From Raja brachyura (Eukaryota): DNA of 64,000 nucleotides. Under the pieces are notes generated by a model that was not told where the DNA came from, did not search any database, and saw only the letters and a list, made by a program, of their open reading frames with translations. Below, piece by piece: positions 1-12,630 of this stretch (positions are counted from its first letter, which is position 1; each line of letters opens with the position of its first letter). The stretch covers positions 14,384,001 through 14,448,000 of the forward strand of contig OY740814.1 in assembly GCA_963514005.1 (NCBI GenBank). Reading direction: 5' to 3'. Both the position numbers and the translations under genes were made by a program.

Positions 1-189
1 GTATTTTTCCCCCAAGGCAATTTATGCCAAGGTGTATAGTCCCTACATTATGAATCCAGTGTGTAATGAATCCTAGAATCGCAGGATCATTTGTCCTGGT
101 GTAATGGACTGAGACGAATCCTTGTGGGGCATCGTTGTTGGGGATTATTGTGGCGGTGTTGTCACCTATCCGCACTGATTTTGGTCTCT

Positions 190-1180
190 TTGTCAGAAAC
201 CACAAAAATGCGTTCTCAGTCCCCTACTATACTCCTCAGAGACTCTTGACTGCTGAGCCAAATTCAGCTCTGACTCCCACCTACACATTTGCAGGTGAAA
301 CCACTGCGGTGGGTTTGATCACAAACAATGATGAGACGGAGCACTGGAAGGAGATAGAGAATTTAGCAACATGGTGTCAGGACAATAACTTCTCCCTCAA
401 TGTCAGCAAGACAAAGGAGCTAGTTATTAACTTCAGGAAGCATGGTGGGGTACATGCCCCAATTGGCATCCAAGGTGCAGAAGTGGAAATGTTTCTAAGT
501 TCGTTCTTTGGTTATACCAACCATCAGTTGTAGACCAACCACATTGATGCAACAGCCAAGACACCAATACCTCTAGAAGACTGTGGAAATTTAACATAAT
601 TTCATTGACTCATACACTCAAGTTCTACAGATGCACCATAGAAAACATATTGTTGGGTTGCATCACTGCTTGGTTAGGGAACAGCTCAAGACCGCAAGAT
701 ATTGTCGAGAGTAGTAGATGTAGCCGAGAACATCGCACTGACCAGATTTCCTATCACTGACTCCACCTACAATTTACACTGCCTTGAAAAAGCAGCCTAC
801 ATAATGAAAGATGTCCCATCTCGGTCATTCCATTTTCTCCCTGCTCCCGTCTGTCAAAAGCTTAAAAGCGCGTACTACCAGACTCAGGAACGGCTTCTAC
901 CCCTCTGTTATCAAGCTTCTAAATGGCCCTTCCATGAGCTGGAGTCCTGTCCAGTGCACCTCTACGCCATCGTGGACATTGCACCTTTGTTTCAGGAACT
1001 GGAATGCTAAAATGCTGAGAACTATATTCCGCACCAGTATTTTCTCTTTTTCTCTATCTATATCTTTACTTGAGTTTGACTTGATTGTATATATGTATAG
1101 TACTATTTGATCTGATTGGATAGCATGCAAAACAAAGATTTTTGCTGTCTTCTGGTACACATGACAATAATAATCCTAAA
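190..1180 (+). mobile_element. Degraded Rex1/Babar (L2-like) LINE, 3' half
   Basis: WCQDNNFSLNVSKTKELVINFRK and RTTRLRNGFYPSVIKLLN motifs; 3' end 'tacacatgacaataa'. Confidence 0.8.
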
Positions 1181-1189
1181 CCTAATATA

Positions 1190-1720
1190 AAATGTAGTGT
1201 CATTTATTGCTGGTTAATATAACCCGGAGGAATATTTGCCACGCTGAAGATGAATTCCCAAGATTGTGTATATCCCGGGATATTTTTTTCCGCAGAGTAA
1301 AGCATTCTCTGGTAAATTACTCAAGAGTGTTTTATCTTCAGAATATTTTATTGCAGGCTTATGAATGCCTAGGAATTGCAACCTGGGGGGAGATTAATAA
1401 CAGGATCATGACATCCACAGCCATTTGTGTTAAATTTTCTTAGGGCAATTTATACAAAGGTAAATTATCCCAGAATAAATCTTGGGATAATTTAAACAAG
1501 GATTATGGATCCCAAGGCAACGAACCCAAGGATAATAACTCCCAGTTTGTGGTGTCCCAATGCCAGCAATCCCAGGATAGCTATCAGTGTAATAGATCCC
1601 GAGGTAATGAATCCCACGGTTATTAAGCCCAAAGTAATTGACCCCAGGGTAACGTATTGCTGACAATGAATCTCTGGATAATTTATCGCACCATATTGTA
1701 ACATCCAGGGGTCATTTTTA
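1190..1720. repeat. Highly degenerate short-period (~15-20 bp) repeat, TAATGAATCCCAGGG-like; also at 1-140
   Basis: Recurrent taatgaatcc / atcccagg / ataat words. Confidence 0.5.
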
Positions 1721-2934
1721 TCAGGTCATTTTTCCCCCCTAAAACACACAAATACAAACTGCTGGAGGAACTCAGCAGATGATAACTCACCCAACTCCAT
1801 GTTCAATTAGTTTACTTTGCCACATTGCTAATGGACAACACCACCGCTATTTCCACAAGGAAAATATTGCAGATGTTATAAACCCAAAACTAAATCAGAA
1901 CATATTTGAAATACTCAGCAGGTTCAGGCAACTTCTGTGAATGAAGAAACAAGAAATGTTTTAGGTCAATTTGTTTTAAATTGGAACTTTGTGGAAAGGT
2001 GGTGCTTTAAAATTTTAAATATATATATTATTTGATTTAGTAATCTGATAAAAGGTCTTTTTAAGTTGGGTTTGATTTAAATTAAAGTAATTCATAAAAA
2101 TATATAAATCTGATGAAAGGTCATTGACCAGAATCATTAGCTTTGCTTTTCTCTTTGCAGGACTTGCCTGACAATGTTCGCAACGTCCGTGGATTCAGGA
2201 GCTTGCATATATTCCAGGCACTCATTGTGTAAGCCAATACAATGAAGGCCACTGCATAGCCAAAACTCTAGACAGACCCATACATTTTCCATGATCTGCA
2301 CGTGTGGGGGCGTGCCGGCGTATGCTCCAAAATAATCCAGACACTTAATCATCAAGAACTAAATCTTCCCAAGTACAAATGAGTGAGTTAGCAGCCAGGA
2401 TTTCCAAGCACCAAGCTCAGGTGAAAGGTGACACAACGACCCTACAGCAGTAGATCTGCAGCAGCTGTTACAATGGAACTCTTGAATCTATGGAGCTACA
2501 GTTTCCAAAGGATAAGTTACAACAGTGAAGGGTTGCTAACCACTTCCATCAATACTCTAGTACAATCAGCTGTGAAAGCCCACTTGTGGGAATCAGGCTG
2601 AGCACTTAAAAGCTACGATCACATGGTTCTCATTATAAAGGAGTCATAAGATCTGCTTAGAATAACCTCTCACATTGAAGTGTATAATTGGAACCGACTG
2701 ATGTGCTTCCAATTCCAACCTCATTAATGATTCTTCTCAACAAATCTAATGGATCGCCAGGCTGCGAAGGATTTCTGGGAAGCCGATCCCTCTGGACAAT
2801 TCCATTCCAATTACTGCCTTCGACACAGCACAAATAAAGCTGTTCCATTCTGTTCATCGCAAGAAAGCAAGATGTTCATGAAACCCTTTTAAAATTGTGT
2901 TTAGTCTCCACACTTCCGGAGCCAGGAGTCAGAA

Positions 2935-3860
2935 CTATCTCTGCAATAGGATCCCCAACTTCCTGACCCATGGACCACAGTCAGTAAGGTTAGGTGACAA
3001 ACATCGTCCATGACCTTCCTCAGCACTGGCATCTGAGTCGCTGACTATACTCCCCTTTACACTCAGACTGTGCGGCCAAATTCTGCACCGACTCCATTTA
3101 CAGGTTTGCTGATGATACCACTGCAGTGGGCCGACCTCAACCAATGACGAGACAGAGAACAGAAAGGAGACAGAGAACCTAAGTAACATAGTGTCGAGAC
3201 AACAATCTCTCCTTCAATATGAACAAAATGATCGAACTGGTGAGGTGGCGCACCTGCCTCGGTCTGCGTCAATAGTCCTGACGTGGAGATAGCCAAGAGC
3301 TTCAAGTTACTTGGCGTAAATATCACCAACACTTTGTCCTGAACCAACCACAATGGCACGATGACCAAGAAAACACACCAGCTTCCACTTCCTTAGAGGA
3401 GAAAAGCAATTTGACCTGTCTGAAATGACTCGTCATGTCTACACCATGCAAGTCAAGTCAAGAGAGTTTATTGTCATGTGTCCCAGATAGGACAATTTAA
3501 TTCTTGCATTTCCGAGCATACAAAGCATTCCCAAGACGATAAGAAATTCCAGAGTGTTGTGGATGCGGCTCAGGAAATCACTCAGGGCACCTGTGGCCGC
3601 ATTGACTCCATCTACACTTCCCACTGCCTCGGGATACTGAAGGACCACTTTCTCTTCTTCCCTCTCCCGTCAGGCAGATGATAAAAAAGCCCGAGAGCAC
3701 AAACAACCAGATTTAAGGACAGCTTTTCCCCCATTATCCGACTACTGAACGGACCTCTCTTGGGCTAAGGATGAACTCTCTATTTTACAATCTACCTCGT
3801 TATGGTCCTTGCAGATATTTTTATCTGCATTTTCTCTGCAGCTGCAACACTGAAGTAAAT
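2935..3860 (+). mobile_element. Degraded Rex1/Babar-like LINE fragment with a short insertion at about 3448-3510
   Basis: 'aggtttgctgatgataccact' (RFADDT), FKLLGVNI and PLPSGR motifs. Confidence 0.75.
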
Positions 3861-4074
3861 CCTTGTTATTATGAACCTCTATAATGGATTTCAGTTATAG
3901 CGGAAAGAGTGTCTCCACAGAGATCAGACATCACTGTCTCTTTAAGAACACGGGCTGCTAGTTACACGACCAACTGTTCTTTTGTGTATTAACCAGCATC
4001 TGCAGTTCTTTGTTTCTACTACTTATATAATGATGCCTGATTACTCAGTAATCCCTCACAGAAGACACCAAACT

Positions 4075-5410
4075 TGGTGGTGTAGCCGACAGTGCAGAAA
4101 ATTATCCAAGGTTACAACAGAATCTGTATCAACTGGGGAAGTTATAAAATAAATTGCAGGTTGAATTTAACTCAGAGAAATGCAGTTTGGCATTTTGGTA
4201 AATTAAACCAGGGCAGGATTTACACAGTAAATCAAAAGTCAAAGTATCCTTTATTGTCATTCAGACCTTTCGGTCTCAACGAAATTTCGTTGCCTTTTAG
4301 TCATACATATAATAAAAAACAAAACACACAATAAACACATATTTAACATCCACCACAGTGAGTTCACCAGGCACCTCCTCACTGTGATGGAAGGCAAAAG
4401 TCTTAAAGTCTTTGTCTTCTTCCCTCCTTGTTCTCCCTCTGCGCTGAGGCGATCCAGGCCTCCGATGTTGTCGTCCACTGGGCCCGCGGCTGAGCCTCCG
4501 AAGTCGGGCCGCCGCAGCTCCGAAGTCGGGTCGCCGCTAGAACGCCGCCACAGCCCCAAAGCCGCGCCACCGTCGGAACGCCGCCACGGCTCTGAAGTCG
4601 GGTCCGCCGCCGGAACGCCGGAACGCTGGAACGCTGCCTCAGCTCCGAAGTCGGGCCGCCGCTGGAACGCCGTAACGCCGCCACAGCCCCGAGGCCGCCA
4701 GCTCTGCCATTAGGCCTCAGCACAGAGACGGTGACGGGGGACACGACAAGAAAAAGTCGCATCCCCCCCAAAGGGAGAGACTAAAACCCTGTTTCTCCCA
4801 CCCCCCCCCCCCCCCCACCACCACCTCCAACACACAAATGACAACGCTCTGGGGAGTGCTGGAGAACAGAGAGCTAGGGGTGCAAGTACATAGTTCTCTC
4901 AAAGTAGCAACAAAGATGGACAAGGTGGAGCAGAAGGTGTAACATTCTTGTCTTCATCATTCAGGGCATTGAGTACAAGTGTTTGGCCGTTTTGTAACAA
5001 TTGCGTAAGAAGTTGATGAGACCGTACCTAGAGCTTTGTGTGCAGTTCTCGTTGCCCTTGTGTAAGAATTTTGTAATTTAGATAGAGGGGGTGCTGAAAA
5101 TATACGCAAAGATATTGCCAGGAATGAGCAGTTTGGGCTATAGTAGAGACTGGATAGGCTCTGACTGTTTTCCCTGGAGCAAAAGATTTTGAGGGGTGAA
5201 CTTATAGAGCTTTATAAAACCATGTGGGACAGAGATAAGATGGGTGGTCACAGACTTTTTCGCAGGGGATTCTAAAATTAGAGAGCATAGATTTAAGGTG
5301 AGAGGGTAAAAAGAGAAGCATGTTTTTCGCTCAGAGGATGGTGCTAGAGGAAGCTGTGGAGGCGGGTACAAATACAACACTTAAATTGCATTTGGACAGG
5401 TTCATGGATA
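4075..5410 (+). mobile_element. Old CR1 LINE 3' region, interrupted by the 4235-4835 element and by the young CR1 (resumes about 7951-8275)
   Basis: Degraded KLGG..., RPYLE.CVQF and 'ttggacaggttcatggat' 3'UTR signatures. Confidence 0.75.
4235..4835 (-). mobile_element. Non-autonomous retroposon-like insertion with internal GC-rich tandem repeats and a TGACAATAAA-type 3' tail
   Basis: Cleanly interrupts a CR1 (tacacagtaaat / aaatgacaacgctctggggag). Internal 'ccgaagtcgggccgccgc' repeats. 3' end (- strand) GACC-GAAA-GGTC hairpin, then TGACAATAAAGGATACTTTGACTTT. Confidence 0.6.
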
Positions 5411-7950
5411 CATAGAAACATAGAAAGATAGGTGCCGGAGTAGGCCATTCGGCCCTTCGAGCCTGCACCGCCATTCAATATAATCATGGCTGATCATCCA
5501 ACTCAGTATCCCGTACCTGCCTTCTCTCCATACCCCCTGATCCCTTTAGCCACAAGTGCCACATCTAACTCCCTCTTAAATATAGCCAATGAACTGGCCT
5601 CAACTACCTTCTGTGGCAGAGAATTCCAGAGACTCACCACTCTCTGTGTAAAGAATGTTTTCCTCATCTCGGTCCTAAAGGAATTCCCCCTTATCCTTAG
5701 ACTGTGACCCCTTGTTCTGGACTCCCCCAACATCGGGAACAATCTTCCAGCATCTAGCTTGTCCAACCCCTTAAGAATTTTGTAAGTTTCTATAAGATCC
5801 CCCCTCAATCTTCTAAATTCCAGCGAGTACAAACCGAGTCTATCCAATCTTTCCTCATATGAAAGTCCTGACATCCCAGGAATCAGTCTGGTGAATCTTC
5901 TCTGTACCCCCTCTATAGCAAGGATGTCTTTCCTCAGATTTGGAGACCAAAACTGTATGCAATACTCCAGGTGTGGCCTCACCAAAACCATGTACAACTG
6001 CAGTAGAACCTCCCTGCTCCTATACTCAAATCCTTTCGCTATGAATGCTAACATACCATTTGCTTTCTTCACTGCCTGCTGCACCTGCATGCCTACTTTC
6101 AATGACTGGTGTACCATGACACCCAGGTCTCGTTGCATCTCCCCTTTTCCTAATCTGCCACCATTCAGATAATAGTCTACCCTCATGTTTTTGCAACCAA
6201 AGTGGATAACCTCACATTTATCCACATTATACTGTATCTGCCATGCATCTGCCCATTCACTCAGCCTATCCAAATCACCCTGCAGCCTCCAAGCATCCTC
6301 CTCACACCTAACTATACCCCCCAGCTTGGTGTCATCTGCAAACTTGGAGATGTTGCATTGAATTCCCTCGTCCAAATCATTAATATATATTGTAAATAGC
6401 TGGGGTCCCAGCACTGAGCCTTGCGGTACCCCACTAGTCACTGCCTGCCATTCTGAAAAGGACCCGTTTACTCCTACCCTTTGCTTCCTGTCTGCTAGCC
6501 AGTTCTCTATCCACATCAATACTGAACCCCCAATACCGTGTGCTTTAAGTTTGTATGCTAATCTCTTATGCGGGACCTTGTCGAAAGCCTTCTGAAAGTC
6601 TAGATATAACACATCCACTGGTTCTCCCTTATCCACTCTACTAGTTACATCCTCGAAAAATTCTATCAGATTTGTCAGACATGATTTACCTTTCGTAAAT
6701 CCATGCTGACTTTGCCCAATGATTTCACCACTTTCCAAATGCGCTGCTATCCCATCTTTAATAACTGACTCTAGCAGTTTCCCCACTACCGATGTTAGAC
6801 TAACTGGTCTGTAATTCCCCGCTTTCTCTCTCCCTCCTTTTTTAAAAAGTGGGGTTACATTAGCTACCCTCCAATCCTCAGGAACTACTCCAGAATCTAA
6901 GGAATTTTGAAAAATTATCACTAATGCATCCACTATTTCTGTGGCTACCTCCTTGAGTACTCTGGGATGCAGACTATCTGGCCCTGGGGATTTATCGGCC
7001 TTCAATCCGTTCAATTTACCCAACACCACCTCCCGGCTAACCTGGATTTCACTCAATTCCTCCATCTTATTTGACCCCTGTTCCACTGCTATTTCCGGCA
7101 GATTATTTATGTCTTCCTTAGTGAAGACAGAACCAAAGTAGTTATTCAATTGGTCTGCCATGTGCTTGTTCCCCATGATCAATTCACCTGTTTCTGACTG
7201 CAAGGGACCAACATTTGTTTTAACTAGTCTCTTTCTCTTCACATATCTATAAAAACTTTTGCAGTCAGTTTTTATGTTCCCTGCCAGTTTCCTTTCATAA
7301 TCTATTTTCCCTTTCCTAATTAAGCCCTTTGTCCTCCTCTGCTGGATTCTGAATTTCTCCCAGTCCTCCGGTAGGCTGCTTTTTCTCGCAAATTTGTATA
7401 CCTCATCTTTTGTTTTTATACTATCCCTGATTTCCCTTGTTATCCATGGATGCACCACCTTCCCCGATTTATTCTTTTGCCAAACTGGTATGAACAATTT
7501 TTGTACTTCATCCATGCAGTCTTTAAATACCTTCCATTGCACATCCACTGTCAACCCTTTAAGAATCACCTGCCAGTCTATCTTGGCCAATTCACATCTC
7601 ATACCTTCAAAGTTACCTTTGTTCAAGTTCAGAACCCTTGTTTCTGACTTAATTTTGTCACTCTCCATCCTAATGAAGAACTCAACCATATTATGGTCAC
7701 TCTTGCCCAAGGGGCCACGCACACAAGACTGCTAACTAACCCTTCCTCATTACTCAATACCCAGTCTAGAATAGCCTGCTCTCTCGTTGGTTCCTCCACA
7801 TGTTGGTTGAGAAAACTATCCCGCATACATTCCAAGAAATCCTCTTCCTCAGCACCCCTGCCAATTTGATTCACCCAATCTACATGCAGACTGAAGTCAC
7901 CCATTATAACCGTGTTACCCTTGTTGCACGCATTTCTAATTTCCTGTTTG
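5411..7950 (-). mobile_element. Young 5'-truncated CR1-clade LINE (elasmobranch HER1-like): partial APE plus complete RT and 3'UTR
   Basis: Open 739-aa ORF 5503-7722 (YRPVSLTS, LDFQKAFDKV, GVPQGSVLGP, KFADDTKL). APE C-terminal part (GDFS..LDWVL..SDH) is frameshifted at about 7722. 3' tail (TTTCTATG)n at 5411-5428; GATACA on both flanks. Confidence 0.95.
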
Positions 7951-8275
7951 ATACAAAAGGTTTAGATGGATATGGGCCAAATGAAGGCAAATGAGGCTGG
8001 CTCAGGTTGAAGGTGTATAGAACCCACCATGAGGGTGGTGGGTGTACGGAACAAGCTGCCGGAAGAGATAGTTGAGGCTGGGACTATCCCAACATTTAAG
8101 AGACAGTTAAGCAGGTACATGGATAGGGATATAGACCAAACGTAGGCAGGTAGGACTAATGTAGCTGGGACATGTTGGCTGGTGTGGGCAAGTTGGGCTG
8201 ACAGGCCTGTTTTTATGCTGTATCACTCTATGACTGGGCTGAATGGCCTATTTCCTCGCTGTGTAACTGTATGAG
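7951..8275 (+). mobile_element. CR1 3'UTR fragments (continuation of the old element plus a nested piece)
   Basis: 'gatggatatgggccaaat', 'gtgggcaagttgggc...ggcctgtttt...gctgtatcactctatga'. Confidence 0.7.
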
Positions 8276-10994
8276 TGAACTGGAAACGGTATAATTTAAT
8301 TTTTAAACATTGAAACTGTAAATGTGTTCAAGAAATATAATAAACATATGGGGGAAATGATGAAACTTTTCCAACAAACTGACGTGACTGGACTGTCAAA
8401 CTAACCATATGTTATTAAAGACGGGCTCTTGTCAAAAATGAGCAAAAGAAGCAACATACTCAGAAAAGCCACAACAGCTTTGTATAAAATCATTAACTGC
8501 TGTGTTTTTTTGGACGTGAAAACATCTGACTCATTGAATCCATTAGATAATTACAATATGCGGTTAGTTGTCTGGCCTCGCCAAGGTTGTGGTGACTAGG
8601 ATTCATTTTTGTACATATTTGGATCAAGGCTGCCCATTAATGTTCATGTGGGCAAAGCAGCATATACTAGACATTAGTTCCGCTTATTTCTTGGATTCCC
8701 TACAAAAAAATAGTTTTTGTTCTTGAAAAGTGATCTTAATTACAGTACAGAATCCTTCTGGGAATTATAGTTTCAAGTTTTGCCACCTCAGAATGACTCA
8801 TATCAAAATCATACTCACCGAGTCGCAATTGATGCAGGAGATGTGTGGGGAAAGTTCTTTTTAACACAGAGGGTGGTGAGTGCCTGGAGCACTCTAGCAC
8901 TGATTGGTGGTTGAGGCAGGTATGATTGTGGCATTGAATAGACTTTGGGCTAGGCATTATGGATATGGATAATTTGCAGATAGACAAGCGATGGCCTTGG
9001 TATCATATTTGGCACAGACTTTGTTGTCCAAAAGGCCTGTTCATGATCTATTCTACATATATTCCTACTATTTACATGTATTCCTACTGTTCTATGTTCT
9101 TTCTTGTGGTTCAATGGTGCTTCTACAAGGGTTTAATATGAATCAATCTCTCATGGTCAACAATTATTTCTGCTAAAATAATTTACCGACAATTCTCCTA
9201 AACTAAATTTACAAACAAGACCTAACCAAAGAAGACGGAAGCTATATTGGCTGCACTCTTGAAGCAGCTGTGAGCAAGAGGAATGCTTAACTAGGATGTG
9301 GGTGGAAAATCCCAGGACACAGACTGGTCCAACACCCACTCTGTACATTGCGTCTAGCTCAGCATTTCCCAATGTCTGCATCATACGGTTATGGTCTGCA
9401 AATGATTAGCAGAGGAACAGTCCAGGTTTGGTCCAATGCCTGCATTCCATGGCTGTGCAGATCAGATGGGTCGACAACAATGAGTCTCATTCATATTGAC
9501 TCCTCCACTTTGGTTCAGAGGCCCCTTCAACCAAATCGCAACTGCAAACATTAATAAGGGCTACAGAAACAGGGCTGGGGAAACAGGCTACCGGATATTT
9601 AAATGGAAATGGGAGGAGACGGGACAGGAGTATGGAGCACGAGTGTGGAGACAGGATTGTGGAGATCGGATGGGAGATGGGACTGGAGATGGAGGTTTGG
9701 AGACTGGACTGTGAGGACCATGGATCAGAATTTTCTGGCTCAGGGCTGTTTCGCATTGTAATATTCTAATTGTGTCTCACTAAATTTTCCCTTTGTGTCT
9801 CTTTATAGATGGACTTAGTTAGTTCGGTGCAGTGTTCTCTATTGTTTGGACAAGAAACTGTCCATCTAAAGATGCTGCCTGATCCATCGAGTTCCTCCAG
9901 CGAAACATAAAGTGATGGAGGAACTCAATGGGTCAGGCAGCATCTTTGGAGGGAATGGACACACAATATTTGCGGTGTGGACCCTCCATAAGAAAGAAGA
10001 GGGTGCTGACCTATAGTCATCTGTCCATTCTGTTCACAGATTCTCCCTGATCCACTGAGTTCCTCCAGCACTGTGGTTTTTTTCTATTGTTTGATTGCCA
10101 ATGTGTTTCCAGCAAGTACTGTTTCCTGCCCATGGTGACAGCACTGTTGGCTGCTGGCTTACCGATGATGTCTGAGTTTTTATTTTAAATGCGTGGGGGT
10201 ACCATTTGTTTCCTGACAAGTCTGACCTATCATTTAAAGTGCACATTGTTTCCATGACTGATCCAGTTTCTCCATTTAAGCTTAAGGCCATCGTAGGTAC
10301 TACCTCATCTTGAGATGTCCATCCTGTGAGTAGGTTAAGATGTCTTAGTAGATTCTGAATTGCTGAGGTGGTACGATGATTTAAATTTCCCTTAAAACCA
10401 AGCCGAGTCCATCTGCATCTGATCTTGATGGAGCTTCGCAGCTAATGTAAAGTCGAGACATTTGTTTAAGATGGGGTAGTGCATTCTGTGGGGGTTAAAA
10501 TTTAGGAAAGGTCAACAACTGTTCTCCAACTACAACTCACTTCGCCAGCACAGAGGTCCCTTTCAGTTTAACCACCGTGCCCACCTGCTTCACTTTCAGT
10601 CTGGTGAATGGGGCCTCGACACACTGACAAAGATTTAGCAACCACTGCTGGTGTGGGAACTAGCTTTCTTACATTTGTTGCATTTCCTGACGGTTTCATT
10701 TCTGCCTGTGAAGGAACTTGGCTGGAGTAGATTCAGGAGCCCAGATGCTTTGCATTTGGGAATTTAATTTGGGAATGGTGCCTGCAGCAGTTTAGTAGCA
10801 GCCAATGGTCTCTGTGAAAAATTATGCACTGCATGTGATTTAAAGTATTTTTTCCTTTCTAGACAGGGTTATAATTTGTCTACAGTGGCAATGGCGTGGG
10901 CAAATTAGTAGTTCCTGGAAGCTGCCCAATCCACGTGTTTGAGATGGGAGTTTTTTTTAATCTGGGAGAGGTTAGAATCAACAGTTGTTAAAAT

Positions 10995-11930
10995 GGGATC
11001 AGATACAAGGAACTGCGGATGCTCATTCACAAAGGACACAAAGTGCACGTGTATCTCAGCGGCTCAGGCAGCATCTCTGGACAACATGGATAGATGATGT
11101 TTCAGGTCTGACCCTTCTTCAAGCTGATTGTGGTGGGGATGGGGGGGGGGGGGGGGGGAGGAGGAATTCTCTAACATTTCCACCCCCTTCAACATGATTC
11201 CACCGCCAGTCACATCTTCCCATTCCCACACATTTCCGCCTTCCACAGAGACCGCTCCCTCCGCAACTCCTGGGTTCACTCATCTCCAGCCACCCAAGTC
11301 ATCCCTGCCCAGATACTTTCCCCTGCAACTGCAGGAGATGTAAACCTGTCCCTATACCTCCTCCTTCCCATTCCTTCCAGGTCAGACAGAGGTTCACGTG
11401 AATCTCCTCTAACCGCATCTACTGCATTCTGTGTTCTGGATGTGGCCTCCTATACATCGACAAGACCAAGCATGAACTTGGCAACTCTTGCACTTGGTCT
11501 GCCAAAGCCTGCTGGATCTTCTGGTTGCTAACTATTTTAGCTCCTCTTCCCATCCCCATACTGACCTTGCTGTCCTGGGCCTCCTCCATCACCAGAGAGG
11601 GAGGCCATGTGCAAACTGGAGGAACAGCACCTCATACTCCACCTGGATAGCTTACAGCCCAACCATATGAACATTAAATTCTCCGTTTTTATGTGTATAA
11701 CTAAACCCTGGCCCACCTGGACTTGCACCTATTTCGCTCATCCCATTTACTTCCTTCCTCTAGCTTCACAATTCACAACTGTTCACAACCTTCCTCTAGC
11801 TTCACAATTCACAACTGTTCAATCCTTATCACATCTTTTCTCTTTTCATCACTGGCCTTCGATCATCCCTTCACCCGTATCTACCTATTACTTGACAAGC
11901 TTTATCCTGCTCCAATCTCTCTTCCACCTT
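10995..11930 (+). mobile_element. Penelope-like element remnant (GIY-YIG region plus pLTR-derived sequence)
   Basis: 11394-11480 translates as FT*ISSNRIYCILCSGCGLLYIDKTK, a decayed GIY-YIG; [23 protein letters not shown] is the typical Penelope ORF end. Confidence 0.8.
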
Positions 11931-12149
11931 TCTACGTGAAGTACCTGTTTGCATTTTGCCTGTAACATTGAAACCATACTATTTTAAGGATCAACACTAT
12001 CTCTGAGAATTCGCAAAAATGTTAATTGTCATGAGTCACTCGTGGATAAAAAATGAATAAAGATAAACATCATTAAACCATTTAACTTGAGTAACGTACT
12101 TGGAGTTACTCCATAACTTGGAATAATGTACACTTCACACTGCGAACAA

Positions 12150-12344
12150 CCTACATGTTTTTACTGAAGCCAATTAACCTACAAACCTGTACGTCTTTGG
12201 AGTGTGGAGGAAACCGGAGCACCTGGAGAAAGTCCACGCGGTCACGGGGAGAACGTACAAACTCCATACTGACAGCACCCGGAGTCGGGATCGAACTCGG
12301 GTCTCCGGCGTTGTAAGACAACAATTCTACCGCTGTGCCGCCCT
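12150..12344 (-). mobile_element. tRNA-derived V-SINE (HE1-like)
   Basis: - strand begins GGGCGGCACAGCGGTAG (A-box-like), then GAGTTCGATCC (B box), then the V-domain TGGAGTTTGTACGTTCTCCCCGTG...GGTGCTCCGGTTTCCTCCACACTCCAAAGAC. Confidence 0.85.
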
Positions 12345-12439
12345 AATTGAAGATTAAATGGGAAGATTGTCTGGAATGTATTTCCCGTGTTTACATCTTA
12401 AATGGACTGTACTTGTCTTTATCCACGGTCTGTAATAGG

Positions 12440-12630
12440 AAGGAACTGCAGATGCTGAGTTATAGAAAGGTGTTGGAGCAACTCAGTGGGTCAGGCAGGT
12501 CTCTGGAGAACATGGAGCGGTGCTGTTTCAGGTCTGAAGAAGGGTCCCGACCCGAAACTGCACCCATCCTTTTACTCCAGAGATGCAACCCGCCCCGCTG
12601 TTACTCCAGCACTTTGAGTCTGTCTTTTGC
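12440..12630. mobile_element. Older copy of the pLTR-derived hairpin element (related copies at about 9860-10090, 24195-24395, 27470-27570, 36090-36170, 40245-40340, 44470-44560)
   Basis: 'ggaactgcagatgctg...actcagtgggtcaggcag...ctgaagaagggtcccgacccgaaac...agagatgc...ttactccagcactttg'. Confidence 0.7.

Noticed and set aside
4257-4771. Overlapping 100-122 aa ORFs
   Set aside because: Arise from the GC-rich tandem repeat inside the inserted element.
12270-12344. tRNA gene
   Set aside because: It is the tRNA-derived head of a V-SINE, without a complete cloverleaf.
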